Below are positions 15,877-23,687 of a stretch of DNA of 38,939 nucleotides, in pieces. This DNA comes from Akkermansia sp. (GTDB taxonomy: Bacteria; Verrucomicrobiota; Verrucomicrobiia; Verrucomicrobiales; Akkermansiaceae), in NCBI GenBank assembly GCA_017628435.1, contig JAGBZE010000180.1, forward strand, positions 1-38,939, written 5' to 3'. Under the pieces are notes generated by a model. The model saw only the letters and a program-made list of their open reading frames with translations. It did not search any database and had not been told where the DNA came from. How positions within the stretch are numbered: the first letter of the stretch is position 1; the number at the start of each line of letters is the position of its first letter. Position numbers and translations under genes: made by a program.

Positions 15877-18024
15877 TTACCAGAAGAGGATGTAGAGCGC
15901 GATGGTGGCGGCGATGACAGCCCAGCCGAAGGCCTTGGCGCGGCCGGACGTCTTCATCTCGATGATGCCCTTGTCCTCAAGCACCACGGCTTCGCCACCC
16001 TTGAGGTGGTTCACGATGGTGAGGATAAGACCCACCACGCACACCACGATGAGGGAGTAGCCCATGCGGTTGAGGAAGGAATCACCCGTGCAACCGAGGA
16101 TGCCAACCCACTTGAAAGAAGCGTAGGCCACAGCACCCACCACGATACCCAGCCAACCGAACACGCGGGGGCACTTGGGCACGAAGAAGCCGAACAGGAA
16201 CACAGCCAGCACACCGGGGCTCAGGAAGCCCTGGAACTCCTGAATGAAGGTGAAGATACCACCGAAGGCAGGATTATCCAGGAAGGGAGCCACGATAGTG
16301 GCGATGACGGCGCACACCAGCACAGCCACCTTACCCACAGCCACGAGCTGCTTGTCGGAAGCAGGCTTGCCGGTGGCCACTTCCTTGGACTTGTTGTACA
16401 GGTCCATGGTGAAGAGGGTGGAGGCAGAGTTGAGCATGGAAGCCAGAGAGCTCACCACAGCGCCGAACAGGGCGGCCAGCACGAACCAGGCCCAGCCGGT
16501 GCCGGGAAGCAGCTCGCGCAGCAGGGTGGCGAAGGCGTAGTCATACTGATAGGCGGCCAGCGTGGTGGTCACGGTGTACTCGGACACATTGGCGCGGGCG
16601 GCAGCCGTGGCAGCCTTGTCGATGTCGAGAATCTCACCAGCCTTGGCGGTGCGGGCAGCAATATCCTTGGCAGGAATGGCGGCAAGCTCGGCAGCCTTGG
16701 CGCCCACCGCGGCAATCTGGTCAGCAGCGCCGGTGGCGGTCAGGTTCTTCTTGATGTACTCCACAGAGGAAGCAGCGGAATCCTCGCGCACCAGACGACT
16801 GGCAGCGATGTCGTAAATCACCTTCTTACCGGTGGCTTCAGCAGCCTGAACGATGGCAGCGGAGTTGGCGTCGGCCTTGGCAGCCAGTTTGTCGCTGTAC
16901 AGGTTGTAGGCCAGAATACCGGGGATAATCACCACGAAGGGAATGAGGAGCTTCAGGAATGCGGCAAACACGATACCCAGCTGGCCTTCTTCAAGGCTCT
17001 TGGAAGCCAGGGTACGCTGCATGATGTACTGGTTAAGACCCCAGTAGAAGAAGTTGGGAATCCACAGGCCCAGGAGGTACACCGTCCAGGGCATCACAGG
17101 GTCAGACTCCTCGCGCATCATGTGCAGCTTGCCGCCGATACCATTGGTGGCACCTTCCACATCACCGGCGTTCAGGTTCATCATGCGGCTGAGGCCGTCG
17201 CAGAACTGGGAACCGGTGGAGGCCAGAGCCTCGGCAGAGGTGTTGGCCGTGGTAGTGGCAGTAGCCACCACATTTTCCGGCAGGGTCGGGTAGGCACCCA
17301 GAGCCATGATGGCAAAATAGGCCACCACACCACCACCCACGATAAGGGCGGCACCCCAGATGAGGTCGGTCCAGGCGCAGGCCTTCAGACCACCCACATA
17401 CACGTACACCGTGGCAGCACCGGCAATGATAAGGCAGCCGGTCGGCACGGAAAGGTCAAAGTACACGGAAACCACGCTGGCGCCGGCGTAAATCACAGCG
17501 GCGGTGGGCACACCCACCAGAATCAGCAGGTTCACGAGAGCCATGATAACGCGGGCCACACCATTGTAGCGTTCCTCCAGGAACTGGGGAATGGTGAACA
17601 CACCACGCTTCAGCAGCATGGGCAGGAAGGTGAAGGCCACAATCACCAGCACGATGGCGGCAAGCCATTCATAACCAGCAATAGCGAGGCCCAGCCAGTC
17701 CGCAGACTGACCGCTCATACCCACGAACTGCTCCGTGGAAATGTTGGCAGCCAGCAGGGAGAAACCCACGAGCCACCAGCTCAGGCCACGGCCGGCCAGG
17801 AAGTAGTCGGCAGCGCCCTTCTCCTTCTTCTCTTCAGTAGGTTCGGCAGAGTCACTGGCTTTCCAGATACCCAGACCGATTACACCCACCACAACCACGC
17901 AGAAGACAATCATTTCCCACAAGGGAAGCACGTCCTGCGCCGGGGCGGCAACGGCGGCCTCCTGGGCCATGGCGCTGCCACTCATGAGCGCAAGAGCGCC
18001 CAGCATTGTCAGTATGTGTTTCAT
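15877..18024 (-). CDS. Sodium:solute symporter (SSS/SLC5), probable Na+/galactose symporter
   Basis: YFLAGR, SLLAANISTEQFVGMSG, FTIPQFLEERY, GGLKACAWTD, NQYIMQRTLA and SSLASMLNSASTLFTMDLY motifs. Lies 21 nt downstream of galK. Confidence 0.9.
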   Translation of the reverse strand: MKHILTMLGALALMSGSAMAQEAAVAAPAQDVLPLWEMIVFCVVVVGVIGLGIWKASDSAEPTEEKKEKGAADYFLAGRGLSWWLVGFSLLAANISTEQFVGMSGQSADWLGLAIAGYEWLAAIVLVIVAFTFLPMLLKRGVFTIPQFLEERYNGVARVIMALVNLLILVGVPTAAVIYAGASVVSVYFDLSVPTGCLIIAGAATVYVYVGGLKACAWTDLIWGAALIVGGGVVAYFAIMALGAYPTLPENVVATATTTANTSAEALASTGSQFCDGLSRMMNLNAGDVEGATNGIGGKLHMMREESDPVMPWTVYLLGLWIPNFFYWGLNQYIMQRTLASKSLEEGQLGIVFAAFLKLLIPFVVIIPGILAYNLYSDKLAAKADANSAAIVQAAEATGKKVIYDIAASRLVREDSAASSVEYIKKNLTATGAADQIAAVGAKAAELAAIPAKDIAARTAKAGEILDIDKAATAAARANVSEYTVTTTLAAYQYDYAFATLLRELLPGTGWAWFVLAALFGAVVSSLASMLNSASTLFTMDLYNKSKEVATGKPASDKQLVAVGKVAVLVCAVIATIVAPFLDNPAFGGIFTFIQEFQGFLSPGVLAVFLFGFFVPKCPRVFGWLGIVVGAVAYASFKWVGILGCTGDSFLNRMGYSLIVVCVVGLILTIVNHLKGGEAVVLEDKGIIEMKTSGRAKAFGWAVIAATIALYILFW

Positions 18025-18045
18025 AAGATCAACTAAGTTAAGAAA

Positions 18046-19224
18046 TTAAGCCTGATAGAGCACACGAGCACCTTCACCCGGGCGGGTGATGAGGTAGTCG
18101 GTCTCAATGCCCAGAGCATTGCGGTATGCCTCAATCATCTCCTCTGCAACCTGCTGCACAGCCTCGCTCTTCACGAGAGCCACGATGCAGCCGCCGAAGC
18201 CGCCACCCGTCATGCGGGCGCCGTATACAGCGGAAGCGGAGGGAATAGTGTCTGCGAGGGAAACAAGGGTATCCACCTCGCCGCAGGATACCTCAAAGTC
18301 GTCCTTCAAGGAAGCATGGGAAGCACGCATGGCCACACCGGCGGAATCCCAGTCAGCCTTCTGCACAGCCTCAGCAAAAGCGGCAACGCGCAGGTTCTCG
18401 CCGATGACGTGGCGGGCGCGGCGGTAGCACAGATCGCCCAGCTCGGTCTTCTTCTCTTCCAGCATCTCCAGAGTAGCTTCGCGCAGGGAGGGTACGCCCA
18501 GAATAGCGCAGGCGTCCTCGCAGTTCTTGCGGCGGGCGGCATAGCCACCATCGGCCAGGGAGTGCTTCACGGCAGAGTCAATCACCAGCACGCTCACGGC
18601 GGGGTCCACCATGGGGATGAGCTTGTAGGAGAGGTCCTTGCAGTCCAGCATGAGGGCGTGATCCTTGCGGCCGTTGGCAGAGATGAACTGATCCATGATG
18701 CCGCAGGGCACATTCACAAACTCATGTTCCGTTGCCTGGCCGATAAGGGCGCGCTCCGTGGGCGTCACCTCTGCACCGCAAAGGGCGGCCAGTGCCGTGC
18801 AGGCGGACACCTCAAAAGCGGCACTGGAAGAAAGGCCGCCACCACGAGGCACGTTGGAATCAATCAGCATATCCACGGCGGGCACCTTGATGCCACGACG
18901 CTCCAGCATGCAGATAACACCACGCACATAATTGCTCCAGAAGGGCTCACCAGGCTTGGTTACATCAGCCGGGTCAATCTCAATCATGGTTTCGCCCAGG
19001 GCGCCAATCCAGCGGTGCTTGCCGGTGGGAGACGGGGCGACAGCAATGACATTGATGTTATTGAGAGCCATCGGCAGCACAAAGCCATTGTTGTAATCGG
19101 TGTGCTCACCGATGAGGTTCACGCGGCCGGGGGAGGCGGCGACAACCGTGGGCTTGTGTCCGAAGTACTGCTCAAAGTACGGGGAAATCGTTTCTGCACT
19201 TATTTCGCGTTGCTCTAAGTCCAT
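18046..19224 (-). CDS. galK: Galactokinase
   Basis: PGRVNLIGEHTDYN, PRGGGLSSSAA, CGIMDQ and GARMTGGGFGG GHMP motifs. Confidence 0.96.
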   Translation of the reverse strand: MDLEQREISAETISPYFEQYFGHKPTVVAASPGRVNLIGEHTDYNNGFVLPMALNNINVIAVAPSPTGKHRWIGALGETMIEIDPADVTKPGEPFWSNYVRGVICMLERRGIKVPAVDMLIDSNVPRGGGLSSSAAFEVSACTALAALCGAEVTPTERALIGQATEHEFVNVPCGIMDQFISANGRKDHALMLDCKDLSYKLIPMVDPAVSVLVIDSAVKHSLADGGYAARRKNCEDACAILGVPSLREATLEMLEEKKTELGDLCYRRARHVIGENLRVAAFAEAVQKADWDSAGVAMRASHASLKDDFEVSCGEVDTLVSLADTIPSASAVYGARMTGGGFGGCIVALVKSEAVQQVAEEMIEAYRNALGIETDYLITRPGEGARVLYQA

Positions 19225-19238
19225 AGCGCAATATGTTT

Positions 19239-19267
19239 ATCATAATACGCGCGCGTTGTAAATGCAA
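19239..19267 (-). promoter_or_regulatory. galK promoter with a palindrome in the spacer
   Basis: TTGCAT (19267-19262), 17 bp, TATGAT (19244-19239). Palindrome ACGCGCGCGT at 19247-19256. Confidence 0.6.
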
Positions 19268-19303
19268 AAGTCCGGGCAGAGACTGCTTATGCCCTAATTT
19301 TTC

Positions 19304-19350
19304 AAATAAAAAGACCCGCAGCCCGGGGATAAGCTCCCCCGGGAAGCGGG
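19304..19350 (-). terminator. Intrinsic terminator after hup
   Basis: CCCGC..CCCGGGGA-loop-TCCCCGGG..GCGGG stem followed on the minus strand by TCTTTTTATTT. Confidence 0.75.
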
Positions 19351-19377
19351 ACTGAAGAAAAAGCATGCTCAGGGTAA

Positions 19378-19692
19378 TTACTTCTTCTTGCACCCACCCT
19401 TCTTGCAGGTCTTCTTAGTGGTGACAGAAGACTTGAAGGAGGAGGATGGTTTGAACGAGAGAGTTCTGGAGGCTGCAATCTCCATGGCCGCACCCGTCTG
19501 CGGATTACGACCAGTGCGGGCAGCACGGGTCTTCATCTCAAACGTGCCAAAACCTACCAGCTGAACCTTGTCGGTGGCCACAGCGTCCGTTATGGCGCTA
19601 AGCACAGCATTGAGTGCAGCCTCTGCGCACTTCTTGGTTACACCTTCGCCGAGTTTAGCCTGAATGCAGTCAACAAGTTGAGTTTTATTCAT
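19378..19692 (-). CDS. hup: DNA-binding protein HU
   Basis: MNKTQLV, VQLVGFGTF and RAARTGRNPQTG, F.PS signatures, plus an extra basic C-terminal tail. Confidence 0.95.
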   Translation of the reverse strand: MNKTQLVDCIQAKLGEGVTKKCAEAALNAVLSAITDAVATDKVQLVGFGTFEMKTRAARTGRNPQTGAAMEIAASRTLSFKPSSSFKSSVTTKKTCKKGGCKKK

Positions 19693-19700
19693 AGGGTTTC

Positions 19701-19728
19701 ATAATAACACACCACCAACGCATTGCAA
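19701..19728 (-). promoter_or_regulatory. hup promoter (near-leaderless)
   Basis: TTGCAA (19728-19723), 16 bp, TATTAT (19706-19701) with extended TG. ATG follows after 8 nt. Confidence 0.7.
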
Positions 19729-19760
19729 GATAAAATCGCAATTTTCCACTCCAGACAGGT

Positions 19761-19792
19761 AAAAAAAGGGCAGCACCAGACCCGGTGCTGCC
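19761..19792 (-). terminator. Intrinsic terminator after pdxJ
   Basis: GGCAGCACC / GGTGCTGCC stem followed on the minus strand by CTTTTTTT. Confidence 0.8.
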
Positions 19793-19818
19793 GAAAAAGC
19801 CACAAAAAAGGAATTATT

Positions 19819-20559
19819 TTACCACTTATACATCTCCACTGCCGTCTTCATCTCTCGAACAGCCTCCGTCAGGCCGACAAAGACCGCACGGCAGATAATG
19901 GTATGACCGATATTCAGCTCCGTAAGGTGGGGCACCACAGACAAATCTGCCAGGTTCGCCACCTGGATACCATGCCCGGCGTGCACCTCAACGCCCAGAG
20001 AATGAGCCAGCTCCGCAGCCGCCACCAGGCGGGCAGTCTCCGCGGCGCGTTCCTCGCCCAGCGTATTAGCAAAGCGGCCGGTGTGCAGCTCAATCATGGG
20101 GGCCCCCACAGCAGCGCTGGCGCGCACCTGCTCAGCATCGGGGTCAATGAACATGCTCACCTTGCTGCCATTTTCCAGCAAAGCGGCCACAAGCGGGCGC
20201 AGCTCCTCCATGTGGCCGGCCACGTCCAGACCGCCCTCTGTGGTAATTTCCTCACGGCGCTCCGGCACCAGGCACACAAAGTCCGGCTTGAGGCGCAGAG
20301 CAAACTCCAGCATGGCCGGAGTGGCACCCATTTCCAGATTCAGCGGCAGATTCACCTCGCGGCGCACGGCAAAGGCATCCTCATCCTGCATATGGCGGCG
20401 ATCCTCGCGCACATGAAGGGTAATGGAATCAGCGCCGCCCTCCTGAGCAGCCTTGGCAGCGGCCACGATATCGGGCTCCACGTTGTGAGAGTCGAGCATG
20501 GTGGCATAGCGTGCCTGGCGCAGGGTTGCCACGTGGTCAATATTTACACCGAGATGCAT
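19819..20559 (-). CDS. pdxJ: Pyridoxine 5'-phosphate synthase
   Basis: LGVNIDHVATLRQAR, HVREDRRH, LVPE.REE.TTEGGLD, IELHTG, HAGHG and ELNIGH motifs. Confidence 0.97.
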   Translation of the reverse strand: MHLGVNIDHVATLRQARYATMLDSHNVEPDIVAAAKAAQEGGADSITLHVREDRRHMQDEDAFAVRREVNLPLNLEMGATPAMLEFALRLKPDFVCLVPERREEITTEGGLDVAGHMEELRPLVAALLENGSKVSMFIDPDAEQVRASAAVGAPMIELHTGRFANTLGEERAAETARLVAAAELAHSLGVEVHAGHGIQVANLADLSVVPHLTELNIGHTIICRAVFVGLTEAVREMKTAVEMYKW

Positions 20560-20592
20560 AAAAAGTAAGAGTTACAAGTGAAGAAAACGGTT

Positions 20593-20636
20593 GAAAAAAG
20601 AACCCCGGCCCTGCTCTTTGCAGAACCGGGGATTCT
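20593..20636 (-). terminator. Intrinsic terminator after purH
   Basis: AGAA-CCCCGG..CTGC / GCAG..CCGGGG-ATTCT stem with an A-run (minus-strand T-tract) at 20594-20599. Confidence 0.7.
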
Positions 20637-20649
20637 GAAATCTGCTGCT

Positions 20650-22206
20650 TTAGTGCAGGAAGTGGCGGGCACCGGTGAACACCATGGCGATACCGGCGGC
20701 ATCAGCAGCGGCAATCACCTCTTCATCGCGGATGGAGCCACCCGGCTGGATGCAGGCGGTAGCACCGGCATCGATAGCAGTCTGCAGACCGTCAGCGAAG
20801 GGGAACAGACCGTCGGAAGCAATCACGCTGCCCTTGAGATCGAGCCCGGCCTGACCGGCCTTCCACACGGCAATCTTGGCGGAGTCCACGCGGCTCATCT
20901 GGCCAGCGCCGATACCCAGGGTGCCGTTCTTGTTGGTGAATACGATGGCGTTGGAGTGCACCTGCTTGCAGACACGCCAGGCAAAGCGCATAGCCTCCAG
21001 CTCCTCTGCCGTGGGAACGCGCTTGGTCACCACCTTGGCTTCCAGGTTATCCAGGCCCATCACCTCGTCGTCACGCTTCACGGTCATGAGACCGCCGGGA
21101 GCCGTGCGAACCATGGGCACCTTGCAGAACTCACGCCAGGCATCCATGTCGATGCGCATAATGCGGCAGTTCTTCTTCTTGGTGAGAATGGCGCGAGCCT
21201 CGGGCTCGAAATCCGGAGCAATGATAACATCCGTGAAAATAGCGCCCACGATACGGGCAAGAGCCTCCGTCATCGGGCGGTTCATCACGATAACACCGCC
21301 GAAGGGAGCCTGCGTATCGGTCTGGTAAGCGCGCTTCCAGGCCTCTACCAAATCCTCATCATCCTGCCCCACACCACAGGGGTTGGTGTGCTTCAGAATA
21401 GCCACCGTGGGGCGGCGGAAGTTCATGATGAGGGAAGCAGCTGCATCCAGGTCGAGAATATTGGTATAGGAAAGCTCCTTGCCCTGCAGCTGGGTGAAGA
21501 TGGAATCAAAGTTACCATACATCACGCTGGGCTGGTGGGGATTATCACCATAACGCAGAGTCTGGTTGAAGGGCAGAGACACGGTGAAGTTGTTCTTGGT
21601 GCTGTCCTCAGCGCGGTGACCCAGGTAATTGGAGATGGCGGTATCGTAAGCAGAGGTGCGCATGAACACCTTCACTGCCAGCTTCTCGCGGGTCTTGAGC
21701 GTGGTGTTGCCCTGGTGGTTTTCCATTTCCTCCAGCACGGTATCGTAGTCGGCGGGGTCGGAAACAACCGTCACAGAAGAGTAATTCTTGGCAGCGGAGC
21801 GCAGCATGGAGGGACCACCGATATCAATCTTCTCGATAGCCTCAGCCAAGGTCACACCTTCCTTAGCCACAGTCTCCTCAAAGGGATACAGATTCACGCA
21901 CACCAGGTCAATGGTGGGGATATTGTTATCCTTGGCCTGCTGCTGGTGTTCCTCCAGATCGCGACGCTGAAGCAGACCACCGTGCACCTTGGGATGCAGG
22001 GTCTTCACGCGACCATCGAACAGCTCAGGGGCTCCCGTGTAGTCAGAAATCTCGGTAACCGGCAGGCCCAGTTCCTGCAGGTAGCGGCAGGTGCCACCCG
22101 TGGAAATAAGCTGAACATTCTGGGCTACAAGGCCCTTGGCAAACTTATCAAGCCCGGTCTTGTCCGATACGGAAAGCAGGGCGCGCTGAATTCGTGTTGT
22201 TTCCAT
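20650..22206 (-). CDS. purH: Bifunctional AICAR transformylase/IMP cyclohydrolase
   Basis: [60 protein letters not shown] and FTGARHFLH motifs. Start ATG at 22206. Confidence 0.97.
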   Translation of the reverse strand: METTRIQRALLSVSDKTGLDKFAKGLVAQNVQLISTGGTCRYLQELGLPVTEISDYTGAPELFDGRVKTLHPKVHGGLLQRRDLEEHQQQAKDNNIPTIDLVCVNLYPFEETVAKEGVTLAEAIEKIDIGGPSMLRSAAKNYSSVTVVSDPADYDTVLEEMENHQGNTTLKTREKLAVKVFMRTSAYDTAISNYLGHRAEDSTKNNFTVSLPFNQTLRYGDNPHQPSVMYGNFDSIFTQLQGKELSYTNILDLDAAASLIMNFRRPTVAILKHTNPCGVGQDDEDLVEAWKRAYQTDTQAPFGGVIVMNRPMTEALARIVGAIFTDVIIAPDFEPEARAILTKKKNCRIMRIDMDAWREFCKVPMVRTAPGGLMTVKRDDEVMGLDNLEAKVVTKRVPTAEELEAMRFAWRVCKQVHSNAIVFTNKNGTLGIGAGQMSRVDSAKIAVWKAGQAGLDLKGSVIASDGLFPFADGLQTAIDAGATACIQPGGSIRDEEVIAAADAAGIAMVFTGARHFLH

Positions 22207-22241
22207 GATAGATTCTGGTTGCTCCGCGAAAGCGGCGGCGT

Positions 22242-22270
22242 AAGGTACAATGTTCCAGCCTAAAAAGCAA
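22242..22270 (-). promoter_or_regulatory. purH promoter
   Basis: TTGCTT (22270-22265), 17 bp, TACCTT (22247-22242). Confidence 0.5.
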
Positions 22271-22332
22271 GCCCAAAATCGCGCACGGGACGAGAATCCG
22301 GTATTTTTGCAGCTCAACAAAGCGAAATCTCA

Positions 22333-22361
22333 TTGACTTCACAGGACGCTTGGGGCATAAT
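22333..22361 (+). promoter_or_regulatory. kdsA-lpt operon promoter
   Basis: TTGACT (22333-22338), 17 bp, CATAAT (22356-22361). Confidence 0.7.
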
Positions 22362-22385
22362 GTTCCCATCGAAACAACTTTTACC

Positions 22386-23210
22386 ATGTCCTTCAACATT
22401 CAGAACGTAGTCATCGGCGGGCAGGAGCCTTTCTTCCTGCTCGGGCCTTGCTCTCTTGAAAACGAAGCCTTTGCCTGGGAAATGGCAACCGCCATCAAGG
22501 AGATCTGCACCAAGCTTGGCGTGCAGTTCATCTTCAAGGCCTCCTACGACAAGGCCAACCGCACCAGCGTGAAGAGCTTCCGCGGCCCCGGCATTGAGGA
22601 AGGCTGCCGCATTCTTGCCGAAATCGGCAAAGAACTCCAGTGCCCCGTGGTGACCGACGTACACACCGAGCAGCAGGCTGAATACGCCGCCCAGTTTGTG
22701 GATCTGCTCCAGGTGCCCGCTTTCCTGAGCCGCCAGAGCGACCTGCTGGAAGCCTGCGCCAAGACAGGACGCCCCGTCAACATCAAGAAGGGCCAGTTCC
22801 TGGCTCCCTGGGACTGCAAGAACATCTGCGAGAAGATGGAAGCCTTCGGCTGCGATAAGTATATGCTCTGCGAGCGCGGCACTTCCTTCGGCTACAACAA
22901 CCTCATCGTTGACATGCGAGGCATGTACTGGATGAAGCAGTTCGGCTGTCCCGTGGTGTTCGATGCCACGCACTCCGTGCAGCGTCCGGGTGGTCTCGGT
23001 GGCGCCACTGGTGGCGACCGCGAGCTGGCTCCCGTGCTGGCCAATGCCGCCATGACCATGGGCATTGATGGTGTGTTCATGGAAGTACACAAGGACCCCG
23101 ACCACGCCATGAGCGATGGCCCCAACCAGGTGTACCTCAAGGACCTCGAAAAGATTCTCAGCAACCTCATGCTGGTGCGCAAGGCCTGCCAGCAGATGGC
23201 CACCATCTAA
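22386..23210 (+). CDS. kdsA: KDO-8-phosphate synthase
   Basis: FKASYDKANRTS, PAFLSRQ, NIKKGQF, CERG.SFGYNNL and DATHSVQ.PG motifs. Start ATG at 22386. Confidence 0.97.
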   Translation: MSFNIQNVVIGGQEPFFLLGPCSLENEAFAWEMATAIKEICTKLGVQFIFKASYDKANRTSVKSFRGPGIEEGCRILAEIGKELQCPVVTDVHTEQQAEYAAQFVDLLQVPAFLSRQSDLLEACAKTGRPVNIKKGQFLAPWDCKNICEKMEAFGCDKYMLCERGTSFGYNNLIVDMRGMYWMKQFGCPVVFDATHSVQRPGGLGGATGGDRELAPVLANAAMTMGIDGVFMEVHKDPDHAMSDGPNQVYLKDLEKILSNLMLVRKACQQMATI

Positions 23211-23687
23211 ATGAGAAAAGCACTGTCCCTCCTTTCTCTGTTGCTGCTGCCCCTGCACTGCTGGGGGCAGCAGCGAACGGATGCTGTAGTGGAGGACGAA
23301 TTCCCGGCCCTGCAATTCCTGCCGGCCGGCTCCGTCATCGAAGGCATCTCCATTCCCCGCTACGAGAATCACCGCGTCAGCGCCCTGCTACTGGCCGATA
23401 AACTGATCGTCAAGAACCGCAGGACTGTTATTCTGGAAAACCTGGAAGCCTCTCTCTACGGAACAGACAAGACCCAGACAGATGTGAAGGCCGGGGATGT
23501 GACCTATAACTTTGCCACCAAGCTGGCTCGCACCAGCGGCAATGCCCGCGTGGAAGACCCCCGATTCACAGCCAGGGGCAAGGGCGTCGTGTTCAGCACT
23601 GCCACTAACAAGGGATTCCTGCACGGCCCGGTGACAACGACAGTTTCCGCCAAACTGTTCAACGAGAAGAAAGACGACAAGAAATGA
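23211..23687 (+). CDS. lptC: LptC-like LPS export protein
   Basis: N-terminal hydrophobic segment and beta-jellyroll-like pattern (FTARGKGVVF). Sits between kdsA and lptB. Confidence 0.6.
   Translation: MRKALSLLSLLLLPLHCWGQQRTDAVVEDEFPALQFLPAGSVIEGISIPRYENHRVSALLLADKLIVKNRRTVILENLEASLYGTDKTQTDVKAGDVTYNFATKLARTSGNARVEDPRFTARGKGVVFSTATNKGFLHGPVTTTVSAKLFNEKKDDKK

Noticed and set aside
15529-18036. 835-aa plus-strand ORF
   Set aside because: Antisense shadow of the SSS transporter. Its His/Gly-rich composition reflects the codon bias of the real gene.
22207-22241. ZMP/ZTP riboswitch upstream of purH
   Set aside because: The predicted leader is about 30 nt with one small hairpin (CCGC-TTTC-GCGG), too short for the aptamer.
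20578-22263. 561-aa plus-strand ORF
   Set aside because: Antisense shadow of purH.
22207-22320. N-terminal extensions in the ORF track for purH (also rlmH, mmdD, PEP-CTERM, kdsA and the AP2-like gene)
   Set aside because: The extensions run through predicted promoters, leaders or neighbouring genes. Downstream ATGs match the family N-termini.
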